Source: Octopus bimaculoides (Eukaryota). Taken from it: a DNA stretch of 47,153 bases. A program made the position numbers and the translations under genes. Numbering within the stretch: position 1 is the stretch's first letter; the number at the start of each line of letters is the position of its first letter. The DNA lies in contig NC_068986.1 in the NCBI RefSeq assembly GCF_001194135.2, positions 106,376,183 through 106,423,335 on the forward strand, given 5' to 3'. The notes under the pieces are model-generated. The model did not search any database. It saw nothing but the letters and a program-made list of their open reading frames with translations, and was not told the origin of the DNA. This document shows positions 1-11,911 of the stretch, piece after piece.

Positions 1-43
<43 letters not shown>

Positions 44-60
44 ATGTTTGTGTGTCTGTG
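1..60. repeat. (TA)n/(TG)n compound microsatellite
   Basis: Direct dinucleotide runs at the window start. Confidence 0.95.
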
Positions 61-283
61 TTTGTCCCCCCAACATCGCCACAGTCAAATGACTCAAGCA
101 AATAAAAGAATAAAAGAATAGAATATATATATAATTATTTATTTATTTACACACACACACATATGTATTTACAAACACACAAACACTGTTGGTTGATAAG
201 CAAGCTATTTACCACACAGCCATACCTACTACTATTTTGTCCTCGAGATCTCCGATACATAAGGCTGGTTACACTGTTTCCAG

Positions 284-338
284 GAGGTCTGAATGCTCGA
301 AATCACAAAACACTTGCTGAAATGAATCCTGGGTCAAG
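284..338 (+). CDS. Candidate 55-nt internal coding exon of an unidentified host gene, (G)GLNARNHKTLAEMNPGS(R)
   Basis: Acceptor ctgtttccag|G and donor AAG|gtaagg; open in phase 1 to phase 2. The phase is compatible with the candidates at 9911 and 16547. No recognisable homology. Confidence 0.45.
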
Positions 339-384
339 GTAAGGAATTTTTGAAGTGTGGTTTATGTTGATTACATTCACCACG

Positions 385-490
385 GTGATTGACTAATCCT
401 TATCACCTCGGAATAGATAATAGGTAAGGTTGATATTAGTAGGATTTGAACTCCGAATGAAGTGTCGCTAGGCATTTGTCCTACATGCGC
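385..490 (-). mobile_element. Degenerate fragment of tRNA-derived SINE family A
   Basis: ggatttgaactc (reverse B-box) and gcatttgtcc match the reverse complement of the copy at 3897-4131. Confidence 0.5.
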
Positions 491-844
491 ATGTTCTTGT
501 CAGAACATCGCATTTTATATACTTCGGTGTAATGAAAGAATTGAAGACCATAGTTTTCAATGCATTTCAGTCAAATGAAGCTCGATATTTGTTATGCTTA
601 GATGAAATAGGTTTGGATTGATATCTAGGGCCATATTCAGAACTAGTGGAGTCTCTGGGCCCATAGATTTTGGGGCCTTTACGACTTTACGTATGTAATC
701 CTGAACTGTTTAGATATGAACGATAAGAATGTGCATTATAAAACAAATACGACATTGTAAATAATGAAAATGCAGCTAAATAATAATGTCGTGCAGCTAC
801 TGTTTATACCTCGTTCAAAGATTTATTATTGCTTATATATACAT

Positions 845-903
845 ACATATGTATGTATGTGTGTATGTATGTATGTATGTATGTATGTATGTATGTATGT
901 GTG

Positions 904-949
<46 letters not shown>

Positions 950-975
950 TGTGTGTGTATGTGCGTGTATGTGTA
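845..975. repeat. (TATG)n/(TG)n microsatellite
   Basis: Direct runs; the source of the spurious ORFs 764-1023. Confidence 0.95.
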
Positions 976-2079
976 TTAATACTAATTTGGTATTTTCCTG
1001 AAATTATTTTGCAGTTTTCATAAATTTAAAGTCCGCCGGCACTTTGATAGTTTCAAACATGCTTTTGTCTTGTTAATTTTTATATTGGATTGCTCTTGAC
1101 TACCTTCAAATTATATCACAAGAAAATATTCTCAAAGTCATTTGTAAAAGGGACTTCTTAAGGGGTACTAATACAAACCATTATAAGATAATTAAGAGCG
1201 CTCCATTAAACCAATAGCCATTTGACAGCTTGAACAAGCACCAAAACTTAAAAGGCCTCAGATTTAGAGGAACTCAAATTTCAAGAAATTTTGGAGATAA
1301 AAGGGTCCAATAAATCAAACGATAATTATTAAAATTATGAAAATTATTAAAATTTCTATCAAATGAGAAATATTTTAACAAGTATAAAATTACAAATAAT
1401 CTATTTGATTGCTGCAATTCTAATTTCCAGTTTTTAACTCCAAGCGATAATTAAACAGATCGCTAGACCATGGTCCACATTGGCCCATGTATAGATCCGT
1501 ATCTGTCGCTAGATAAATACTTCGGTTTACTCACAAAGAAATATTACTTAGATCGCTAACTGTCCTTCATCATCAGCTGATTTTTTAGAAACAGGAAAAT
1601 TTTTCGGACATCAGTAAGAGAATAGAGTAGAAATACTGAAGAAAACTGATACCGTAAGTTGGTACTTTTAGCCCTAGAATGAAAAGAATATTGTGATACT
1701 ACGACAAAACACTATGAGACATCGCCAAACGTCTTCCAACTACACAAATGGCATCGGAATGCTTTTATTATCTTCTTATTGATCTCGTTAGCATTATTGT
1801 GAGTTACGGTCATAATATTTTGGTAGAATATAACACCAGCAACGATAGTGGTGTATTTAAAACGCTCAGCTTTATTCAATTTCACAGATTTTATTGACAG
1901 GAATTTTTTATATGATTCTGTCAGGTTATCATATCAGCTGCAACAAAATAATGCAAAAAAAATTAAATTTTTAGACTTTTTCAATAAGAATTTTTGTGAA
2001 GATTTGTCATTTCGCATGTGCGTTTGAATCCAAAATTTCAATGTTGCAAACTAATATATTAATAGGATCCCACACACAG

Positions 2080-2120
2080 ACACGAACATACACACCCACA
2101 CGCTCACACACACACACACA

Positions 2121-2165
<45 letters not shown>
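2080..2165. repeat. (CA)n microsatellite
   Basis: Direct run. Confidence 0.95.
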
Positions 2166-2166
<1 letters not shown>

Positions 2167-2211
2167 TGCATCTTCCTCCTTGTGAGAGAAAATCTAATAA
2201 CNNNNNNNNNN

Positions 2212-2242
<31 letters not shown>

Positions 2243-2721
2243 ATATACACACACACATACGACCAGATATACACACATATATATGTATGATATAATTGCT
2301 TCCTCTCGACAAGTGTACATCATTGTATTTCATGCTCGCATAAGCTTGTACATATCTAGTAACATGCAACACCAAGAAAACCATTAACTATTTCAACACC
2401 ACTTTTTACATGAGGGAACCTTTTTTCTAAGTCTTTGCAATTAAGAGAAATTCAAGAACGAGAAGCTTTCTCCTCTTCTTCCATTGGTTTTCCTACGCGT
2501 CAAATCTACGTCCACGGACAGAACATTCTCCACAAGAACACACACACTCACTCGCTTATATGGTTTCGAGTCCTACGACAAACTTCGACTTTTTCTACTT
2601 AATGGCTCTTCGAACCAATATTTAGATGTTATCATGTATAGCGTTACATATACTTCATAAAACAATTCCAAAAGACAATTGATCAACGTTCTCTCGAAAG
2701 TTTATTAACACTTATGACGCC

Positions 2722-2870
<149 letters not shown>

Positions 2871-3084
2871 AACAGTCCTGTCACAGCGTGGGACCTTGAA
2901 GACTGCTAAAATGCAAGAAAGTATACTAGTCCCTTAATACTCAATACTTAATATTCAATATTTCATCTATTCAATAACACAATCAATACTTCATTTCATT
3001 TTACTGAATATATTATATATATATTATATATTTTATATCCTATTATAAGAATATAAATAAAACATAAAAAACAGACAGATTTGG

Positions 3085-3758
3085 NNNNNNNNNNNNNNNN
3101 NNNNNNNNNNNNNNNNNNNNNNNNNNNNNNNNNNNNNNNNNNNNNNNNNNNNNNNNNNNNNNNNNNNNNNNNNNNNNNNNNNNNNNNNNNNNNNNNNNNN
3201 NNNNNNNNNNNNNNNNNNNNNNNNNNNNNNNNNNNNNNNNNNNNNNNNNNNNNNNNNNNNNNNNNNNNNNNNNNNNNNNNNNNNNNNNNNNNNNNNNNNN
3301 NNNNNNNNNNNNNNNNNNNNNNNNNNNNNNNNNNNNNNNNNNNNNNNNNNNNNNNNNNNNNNNNNNNNNNNNNNNNNNNNNNNNNNNNNNNNNNNNNNNN
3401 NNNNNNNNNNNNNNNNNNNNNNNNNNNNNNNNNNNNNNNNNNNNNNNNNNNNNNNNNNNNNNNNNNNNNNNNNNNNNNNNNNNNNNNNNNNNNNNNNNNN
3501 NNNNNNNNNNNNNNNNNNNNNNNNNNNNNNNNNNNNNNNNNNNNNNNNNNNNNNNNNNNNNNNNNNNNNNNNNNNNNNNNNNNNNNNNNNNNNNNNNNNN
3601 NNNNNNNNNNNNNNNNNNNNNNNNNNNNNNNNNNNNNNNNNNNNNNNNNNNNNNNNNNNNNNNNNNNNNNNNNNNNNNNNNNNNNNNNNNNNNNNNNNNN
3701 NNNNNNNNNNNNNNNNNNNNNNNNNNNNNNNNNNNNNNNNNNNNNNNNNNNNNNNNNN
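3085..3758. other. Assembly gap (N run). Other large gaps: 10972-11301, 15211-15766, 22338-22424, 29517-30041, 30822-30927, 38389-38522
   Basis: N characters; most gaps abut (TA)n or (TG)n tracts. Confidence 1.
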
Positions 3759-3896
3759 CAACTAATCGATTTTTTGATTAATCGTTCGGTTAATCGATCG
3801 TTTATATTTGTCGAAGTTCTTCCGTCGTCGGAGCAGACAAGGAGTAAAGAAGGCATGTCATTGATAGAATTGTGAATGGCTTTTGATAGATTGCGA

Positions 3897-4131
3897 AAGG
3901 GGGCAAGCTGGCAGAAACGTTAGCACGCCGGGCGAAATGCTTAGCGGTATTTCGTCTGCTGCTACATTCTGAGTTCAAATTTCGCCGAGGTCGACTTTGC
4001 CCTTCATCCTTTCAGGGTCGATTAAATAAGTACCAGTTACGCACTGGGGTCGATAAAATCGACTTAATCCGTTTGCCTGTCCTTGTTTGTCTCCTCTGTG
4101 TGTAGCCCCTTGTAGGCAGTAAAGTAATAGG
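3897..4131 (+). mobile_element. Near full-length tRNA-derived SINE, family A
   Basis: A-box-like gctggcagaaacgttagc, B-box-like gagttcaaatttc, and central gcccttcatcctttcagggtcgattaaataagtaccag. At least 7 related copies occur in the window. Confidence 0.85.
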
Positions 4132-4489
4132 AAATGCGAATGGTGACGAAAAGACTATCAGAAAGATATCTGATTAATTGACAGATTAACTGAACGATTA
4201 TCCAAGCAATCGATTACTTAGTGGGTTAAATAATTAACCAATTGGGAAATAAATAATAAAGAAGTAAAGTAGAAACAGTGTGTATTTACAATTCACATAA
4301 TAACCCTCCCAAGATACAACAAAATATGTTTCAGCATATGTCATTATATCAAGAATCTTCTAAATGAAATTCAAAAACGAAATATTGTAGAAATTTGTAT
4401 AGTATAAATCTCAAGAATGTGCAGCATTATTATTTTACGTTCTCGAGTCAAAAAAGCAGCCTAGTAATATTAAGATCTTGAAAAATACT

Positions 4490-4640
4490 GGATTCAAACT
4501 ATGGCGCAAGATCAGTAATTGTGGGAACAGGGGTTATATTGATAACGGTACTCAACTTGTACTTATTTTATTGACCCCGAAATGATGAAAAGCAAAAGAT
4601 GAAATTTGAACTCAGAACCTAAAGCTTGACGATTCTGCCA
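4490..4640 (-). mobile_element. Degenerate SINE family A
   Basis: gtacttattttattgaccccgaaatgatgaaaagc...atttgaactcagaac is the reverse complement of the family A core. Confidence 0.65.
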
Positions 4641-5359
4641 GATCATCGACTAAGAGACGTTGAAAAATACTGAAATCTTTAAGAAAATGGAATTTATTAT
4701 TGTGGTTCGAATTTTTGCTTATTTCAACGAAATAGTATATATGTATCACTTTGTAATGTAATTACGATCTGCCTAAGGTAACAAGATGTTTTGGAATCCT
4801 TCTGCCAGCAGGAAGCCAGTTGCAGAAATTATTCAAAACGCAATATGGCATATCGCATGGTATCCAATGTTCTTCAACTGGAATCGATTACGAACGAATT
4901 TCATTAAGATAAAGAGTACTATTTCAAGAACTGACTTGATAAATATTAGCAGATTAAATTTTAACACTTTTTCTTGTATACAACAAATAAAACATTTATA
5001 AATATGTAAAATACGAAGAAACGTTCAGAAACGTCTGAATATATCCTATACCGAAAACTGAAACAATAATTGATTGTCAAATTTATTCAGCGAAATATTG
5101 AATATTTTTCTATGCAGACTTCTTAGGATTTCACTTTGACCGACATTACTGATCTTTGAACTGGTAGTCTATGCCACTGACAATTGAATCGATATTATTG
5201 ATATTTGAGCAGATACACGGCTTTATTGATCTCTGATCTGAGTATTCGAACGTTCGCCTTCACCGAAATTTGAACGGCATGATTCGAGATGGAAAATCAT
5301 ATGTTCGGTTTGGTTATTTTTCGGAAGGCATGTCGTATTTAAATATTCATGTTTGAACA

Positions 5360-5895
5360 TGTAACGTGGCTGTCTGCTAAGTCTGTTTCGCAATAACATG
5401 TTTCCGACTTCGGTCTCAGGACGTCACACCTTGGGCAAGTGTCTCCAATAGCTTCGGGCCGACCAAAGCTGTCTGAGCGGATTTCGTTGACGGTAACTGA
5501 AAGAAGCCCATCATTTATACATACGTAATACACACATACATACATATGTGTGTGCGTATGTGTGTGTGTTTGTGTGCGTGTGTGTAAGTATGCATGTGTT
5601 TTTGAGTGTGCGTGTGTATGTATGTGTGTGTGCGTGTGTGTGTATATGTGCGTGTGTGCGAATGTGCGTGTGCGGATGTGTGCGCGCGCGGCTCTGCGTG
5701 TGCATGTGTGTGTGCGTGTGTGTGCGTGTTTCACTACCTCTTGACAACAATTAATAAATAGTCTTTGTTAATGTCCCGTGACCTAGCGATTCGGCAAAAA
5801 GTGCCGAGAGAATAAGTAGAAGGCTTTAAAAAAATGGGTACCAGGGTCGACTGATTCGACTAAAAAGTATTCAACGTGGCGCTTTTAAGACAGTG
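5360..5895 (+). mobile_element. CORE-type SINE family B with an expanded internal (TG)n tract
   Basis: caccttgggcaagtgtctc resembles the CORE domain (ccttgggcaagtcactt). It is followed by gaaagaagccc, a ~215-bp TG-rich tract, and the tail gtcccgtgacctagcgattcggcaaaa...gaataagta. Collinear with 18923-19318. Confidence 0.75.
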
Positions 5896-6106
5896 CAATA
5901 TGATCTGAGGAAGATCGTTTGCTATTTCGATACGACTGAAGTGACTACTTAGATGGTCTTTCCGTATAAAGTTGGTTTATATGGTTTACGCTTCAAATCT
6001 GCAGTGTTAAATTTATATTCCAGAAGAAAATCTGTTTCCACTCTTCGAGGCCGACATCTAGTTGAAGAATTATTAAGAGGAAATTAACACGATATATGAG
6101 ATTTAT

Positions 6107-6198
6107 AAGGCGGCGAGCTGGCAGAATTGTTAGCACGCCGGGTGAAATGCTTAGCGGTATTTCGTCTGTGTGACACCGGTTGAAATGCTTAGCGGTAT
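6107..6198 (+). mobile_element. 5' head of SINE family A, truncated, with an internal ~26-bp tandem duplication
   Basis: aaggcggcgagctggcagaattgttagcacgccgggtgaaatgcttagcggtat; the 18-mer tgaaatgcttagcggtat occurs at 6143-6160 and 6181-6198. Confidence 0.8.
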
Positions 6199-6383
6199 AA
6201 CGGCTTCGTGAGTTTGGATTTATTAGTAATTATTTGAGTGCGTTTGTATAGTAAGTGCAAGTCTCTATTGACTGTTCTTGTGTTATTTCCTGTTATAATT
6301 ATTTGTGTGATAGTCTTCGTTCGAAAACTATCGTGTGTTCTCCCCTGTGGGGGAAACATTAATCGCTGGCAAGATGCCGAATA

Positions 6384-7665
6384 GTGTATCTTCGTCTGGC
6401 GAAGAGTCAACCGATGGAAAAAAATATTGAAAGTTTATTATTTGGAGATGTTTCAGATTCTTCTGAAGGTGAATCGCCAAAACCAACGAATTCTACTGTG
6501 AAAAGCCTTCAAACAGAAGGAAAGCAAAAAAGAAGTTTTGCGTCGGCGGCTGGAGGTGGAACTCGCCAGCTGTCGACAAACAAAAGCGACCTACTAATGT
6601 ACAAAGACATGATTACAATTCAAGACGGTGTTGTCAAGATTCAACCCCCAGAGGATTATTTATTGTCAGAAAATAAGAAAACCATCATATACAAGACATA
6701 TTGTAAAAAAGAACGAAGAATTGAGCGAGTAAGCGAGGAGAGAGTGGAAAAATGTTTGAAATCCATCTGGCAGGATATCATATATCTGACCAGAGGTAAA
6801 ATATTTGGTACCATCGAGGCACAACTAAAAAATATTGAAACGACACAGATGCACTCGATAAATTCATTGGAAACAGAAGATTCAATTCTAGTACCTATAT
6901 ATATGGGTATGAGGACTGCCAACATACGAATAACAAAGGTCCCTCCTAAAGTCGACCCTATGTGGTTGATGGCGGCAGTCCTGTCAAAAAAAATAGAGGA
7001 GATAAATATCCTTCAGGCTAACGTCTCTGAAAAGGCAAACTGGACCGGCCACATGGTCCATTTCATTATACAAACGGAACAAACTGTTTTAGAACAGCTT
7101 CCAGAAAAAATAGAAGTTGGGGAGGAGTTGTTCCTCAACGTTTTTGTCGAGGGGCGTAAACCCCGATGTTTTCAGTGCGGTCAGATAGGCCATATAAAAA
7201 AAATACTGTAAGGAAGGCGAGGAGGAATCTGAAGGTGAGGAGGAAGAGAAAGATAAAGAAACCGAAGTAAAGAAAATTACCAGTAAAAGAAAAATAGAAA
7301 ATGCTAACCAAGTAAAACAAGTAGAACAACGACCAACAAAAGCAGCAAAAAGAAACCGATCACAAATAACAAGGAAAGAAGTGGAGGATAGAGGGATAGT
7401 AGCACTTCACAGCAAAAATGTTGATTTAATGAGAGAAATAAAAGCAAAAAAATCAGCCACCAGAATAGCAGAACTGTCTGAAAAATTTCAAAATTATGAA
7501 CTATACGAAATGGATTCGAAGACTCATAAGATTTTATTAAATACATACAGAACGTTTGTATCGGCAATGAGACTGGAATTTAACCAGTCCATTTTTCGAG
7601 TCTTGCCACCTCCGACCCTATGTCAAGAAAAGGTGGAGAGTCACTCTCCACCGGACAAGCCCTGA
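6384..7665 (+). pseudogene. LINE ORF1 (gag-like nucleic-acid-binding protein) split by a +1 frameshift
   Basis: Removing one A from the A8 run at 7196-7203 gives CFQCGQIGHIKKYC (CX2CX4HX4C). This frame reads without stops through an acidic/basic linker into ORF 7381-7665. Confidence 0.8.
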
Positions 7666-7679
7666 TTAACAGGTAAGAC

Positions 7680-8070
7680 ATGTCTGTTCACATTGGTTGT
7701 TTAAATGTTCGTGACCTGTTGTCTAGCTGGAAGCAAGGACGCTTCCTAAATGACATCAGGTCCAGTAAATTGGATGTGATTATTGCAACGGAAACCCGAG
7801 TAAAGAGGCCAAGAGATCTGTCCCCCCTCCTGAACGGCTACGAGAAATACGTTTCTCCGAGTCGGGCGGGAGGTGGGTAACCGAGAAAAAGTTGATTTTT
7901 TCTTATCCAGAAGGCAGGCTGGTTGTTCTTGACCTGACATTCAGTTGTGGCAAGATAATCAGGCTAGTTACTATTTATGCACCCAATATTATGGGCCCGC
8001 AAAGTGAATATTTTCGTGACCTAGGCAAGTTCCTGGCCACGTCGCATTCGCTAGTATTGTTAGGAGAATT
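7680..8070 (+). pseudogene. LINE ORF2 N-terminal apurinic-like endonuclease, disrupted and truncated
   Basis: MSVHIGCLNVRDL...DVIIATETR...GGG, then a deletion/frameshift, then PEGRLVVLDL...RLVTIYAPN...SEYFRDL...LVLLG(E). Similarity ends near the expected GDFN motif. Confidence 0.85.
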
Positions 8071-9315
8071 AGATATTTTGCTCAAGTACACGCTGAAAGA
8101 GCCACAGGTGAGGGGCATGAACCATCCTCACTGTCATTGTGAAATGTGGGTCATATTTTGAAGTAAGGACATTTGGGTAATATTTATATTATTCCGTCTG
8201 CGTTCATCACTGGAATATTACTGTGGTGAAATTTTTCTTTTTATCTCGCTTGAATTGATAAAATAAATGACTGCAAACCATGGAGTCATTTCAATTGGTT
8301 GCACATTCTTCAGCGACAGGTGACCCGATATCTTCTCAAAATAAATTGATACTGTCAAATAAAATGTTAGGTAAGTAACTTATTTCAGAAAACTCAATAC
8401 TGAAAATGAAATAATGATAAATGGCATAAACGCTGGTGTGTCTATACAAAATATAAAATAAATGATGTATTAAGACTAGTCAAAACACATTACATTCTAA
8501 AACGTTTCTGTGTACCACGTTATCAGAATGTTGCATTGTATTTCATGCGACAATGTCACAAAAGTATGAAAGCATAAACTTGTACTGAATGAGGATAATA
8601 AGACGCATGTACTGAAGTAGATGATACTATATAAGTATTCTGATCAATACACAGGAACTACAATCATCGTTATAATGAACATCACAAACCACCAGCAGCA
8701 TCACGATAAACAAGCTAATATAAAGCCTCCTAACTGGACACTTGGCCTGCCAGAAAGAAAGACCAAATCTTTCTAAGTTATAGACTACTCTTATTGAAAG
8801 AGAGGAACAAGTTGGATGATTTTATTCTGAAGTATGCATTAACCATGAAAATTACAGGATGCACGGTCCTGGAAGACTTCTTTATCGGAGGCTTGCTGCA
8901 TCTGAGATGGCCTGAGACAAAACGACAACAATAATTACAATTGTTTCTAGCGATGTTGTATTTAGGCCATATAACGGACAATAAAGCAGGCTTTGTGGTT
9001 TCAATGCATTATCGCCAAGACATCACAATTAAATCATAACAATCTAAAGAAGAACAACTATTAAAAAAAGTGTCATTACCAACTTGCAGATACAATAATT
9101 TCTTTATTGTCTATAAAAGACACTTGCAGATAAAACAATTAACTACCAGATGAAACAACGTCTACACAACAACAACTCTAGGATCATAAATGACATCATC
9201 TGAAGGAGCATCTCTTGAAGCGCTGATCAAATTTTCAGTCTGTTGTAGGGTTAACCTCCCGGCTCTTGCGGGAACTCCTTTAGAGTTACGAGAGAGTGCT
9301 GAAAAACTATTGGCT

Positions 9316-9459
9316 TTAACCCTTTCAGTGTTGGCCTTATGAACTTTATTTGACCATATACCTGGCTTCCTGATGCACTCCACCGGTAGAGCGGTGCTAC
9401 GCTATAGAGAGAATTAAACCATCCACCGGTAAACCGGTGTTACGGGCTCAAAGGGTTAA
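9316..9459. mobile_element. piggyBac-like MITE (136 bp plus TTAA target duplications)
   Basis: TTAA|CCCTTTCAG ... CTCAAAGGG|TTAA (8/9 inverted ends), with two internal ccaccggta direct repeats. Confidence 0.7.
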
Positions 9460-9470
9460 TGGTATCGCAA

Positions 9471-9576
9471 AAGGCCTGGTTGGAGGCTCAAACTTCCGAG
9501 TTCTTTTACAGGGCTGAGAAAACTGAAGGACCGCTGCAATGAGTGTGTGAATTTGAGAGGGAAATATTTTGAATAA
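9471..9576 (+). pseudogene. C-terminal fragment of a mariner-family transposase
   Basis: With small frameshift corrections it reads KAWLEAQTSEFF..GLRKLKDRCNECVNLRGKYFE*, matching the mariner FF.GI.KL..RW..C...G.YFE terminus. Confidence 0.75.
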
Positions 9577-9589
9577 AATAATAATTAAT

Positions 9590-9760
9590 TTGTTGTTGTA
9601 CTTGGGGATGGTCATATTGCCAGTTTAGCCAATAAAAACACACGCACTGTATATTTGGTGTTAATTTGCTTCAGCTTTATATTACATTAATCTTAATCTT
9701 ATTTCGGCCAGAGTTCTTTCGTCACACTTCTGTGACCTCATCAGTGGTCCTTTGTTTCCT
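9590..9760 (-). mobile_element. Putative Penelope-like element terminus carrying a hammerhead-like motif
   Basis: The minus strand contains CTGATGA..stem..GAAA with stem I and stem III partners (9708-9747). The Penelope assignment is inferred from the motif alone. Confidence 0.5.
9708..9747 (-). ncRNA. Minimal type I hammerhead ribozyme-like motif
   Basis: 5'-CCA CUGAUGA G GUCACA GAAG UGUGAC GAAA G AA C U C UGG-3'. Stem I CCA/UGG, 6-bp stem II, 2-bp stem III, triplet CUC, and one extra G after the core. Confidence 0.55.
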
Positions 9761-9910
9761 TCTTTCTTATGTGTGTCTCACCTTGCTAACTATCAGCCAT
9801 TTTGTATTTTGTATTCCTATTGTATGTGTCTACGCATGCGTGTCCTTCAATGTGTCTGTGTCTTTTGTAAGTGCATGTGTGTGTTCTCCTGTATTTTCTT
9901 TTACTCACAG

Positions 9911-9934
9911 CGGGGACGTTTTCAGTACTCCCTC
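9911..9934 (+). CDS. Candidate 24-nt frame-preserving microexon (GDVFSTP)
   Basis: Acceptor tattttctttttactcacag| and donor CTC|gtaagt; open in phase 2-2. It may lie inside a repeat. Confidence 0.25.
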
Positions 9935-10678
9935 GTAAGTGAAATGGAGCAATATGAAAATGAAGCATTTTACTGAAGGACAGGACGCATCACCCTGTCT
10001 GAAAATAGGAACTGAATTCTTACAAAAATAGAAGGCACAGTCACAGATGGAATACCTTTAATCACGGGTGTGCTTAATCAGTGTTGTTATGAGGATAAAT
10101 AAACAAAAATGTTAATCGCATGAATTCTATCCATACATGAGAACTTTTCACTTAAGGTGAGCATCTGATGCGGGTTGAAAATTGAGAAGAAAAACTTCTA
10201 CCGTGTTGAAAATAACGGCAAAAATAAACAAACATAAATATTTGTTTAAAAAAAAGATAAAAGTTTTTAAAAAATGCTACACAGATCAAATTAAAATAAA
10301 ATCGAAAAACCAAACAGTAAACAAACAAAGCAAAATATATAAAACGAAGTAAATTTAAGCAACCCGTTGAAAATCTATAAATAGATTTACTTGAGACTGA
10401 CTTGAATTTGCTATAAATACATTAAAAATAAAAGAAAAATAGTTGAAAATTAAACCCTAATTTAGTCACTTAATCAATTTTTGGCTTGGTTTTTATTTAT
10501 ATTTTCTCTTTTCCACTTATGTATGTAAGCATTCAATCGAAAATTAAACTAGCTGCCATTTTCAATGAAATCTTTCAATATATATATTGATTAATTTTTC
10601 GCAAAGTTTCTTCGCCACTGATTTCATAATAAATATGGTAGTTGTGTACAGAAGTCGTGTTGCTATTTACTTTTTATC

Positions 10679-10709
<31 letters not shown>

Positions 10710-11302
10710 CATTGTATTCACAATGAAACTTAGATGAATAACTTCTTTAAAATAAGAAAGTCAATAACGGGGGTACTAATGTACGAAAGAATAGTTCATA
10801 TATATACAGAGTATATGAATGTAGATATGTATACATGCATACATATACGTACATACACACATACATATACATATATATATATATTTACATATAGATATAT
10901 ACACACATACATCGATATTAAATATATATTATATTATATTATATATGTATTAAATATATATTATATTATATNNNNNNNNNNNNNNNNNNNNNNNNNNNNN
11001 NNNNNNNNNNNNNNNNNNNNNNNNNNNNNNNNNNNNNNNNNNNNNNNNNNNNNNNNNNNNNNNNNNNNNNNNNNNNNNNNNNNNNNNNNNNNNNNNNNNN
11101 NNNNNNNNNNNNNNNNNNNNNNNNNNNNNNNNNNNNNNNNNNNNNNNNNNNNNNNNNNNNNNNNNNNNNNNNNNNNNNNNNNNNNNNNNNNNNNNNNNNN
11201 NNNNNNNNNNNNNNNNNNNNNNNNNNNNNNNNNNNNNNNNNNNNNNNNNNNNNNNNNNNNNNNNNNNNNNNNNNNNNNNNNNNNNNNNNNNNNNNNNNNN
11301 NN

Positions 11303-11337
<35 letters not shown>

Positions 11338-11774
11338 TATGCACTCACTATTAAAGATATATGTGAGCGTGAATTTGAATTGATTGACAAAGGAAATAGT
11401 TACAATGAATGTGGTAGAATTTAAAACACGCGCGCACGCGCACACATTTATGGTGTCTGTTTTACGTTAGTTACATCTATATTATTAGTTTTATATTTAA
11501 ATAGCTTTTTTTTTTAAAAAAAAAGGAAAGAAAAGGATTAATAAAGCTAAATTAAGTATAACTTCTTTTGTTTCCTTCTTTGAAATAAACGAGTTAATCA
11601 TCTTGTGTCTCGTATTAATTGTTCATTGATTGATACAAATACAAAATAATGTGTGTATCTAACTATATATGTATGTATATATGTATGTATATAGATATGT
11701 ATATATGTGTAGATACCTATACATAAATAAGTATGTGTATGTACATATGTATGCGTATACATATACATATATCC

Positions 11775-11911
<137 letters not shown>

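Larger units (their letters stand above)
6199..8070 (+). mobile_element. L1/Tx1-clade non-LTR retrotransposon: 5' UTR, ORF1 and endonuclease only (RT missing)
   Basis: Gag-like ORF1 with a CCHC knuckle, followed 14 nt later by an AP-endonuclease ORF containing NVR, DVIIATETR, GRLVVLD and IYAPN motifs. Confidence 0.85.

Noticed and set aside
764-1023. ORFs rich in VCVC/YIYI/HTHT here and throughout the track
   Set aside because: They are translations of dinucleotide or tetranucleotide microsatellites, which lack stop codons by construction.
2996-3875. Long ORFs of 200-311 aa spanning X runs (also 10734-11445, 15159-15914, 29194-30166, 38321-38606)
   Set aside because: They are open only because N gaps translate as X.
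8336-8371. Possible exon ending at TTAG|gtaagt (~8370)
   Set aside because: Open only in phase 1-1, which is incompatible with the neighbouring phase-2 candidates; no other support.
8560-9310. Microsatellite-free stretch with short ORFs on both strands
   Set aside because: No recognisable motif, splice-bounded frame or repeat structure could be supported.
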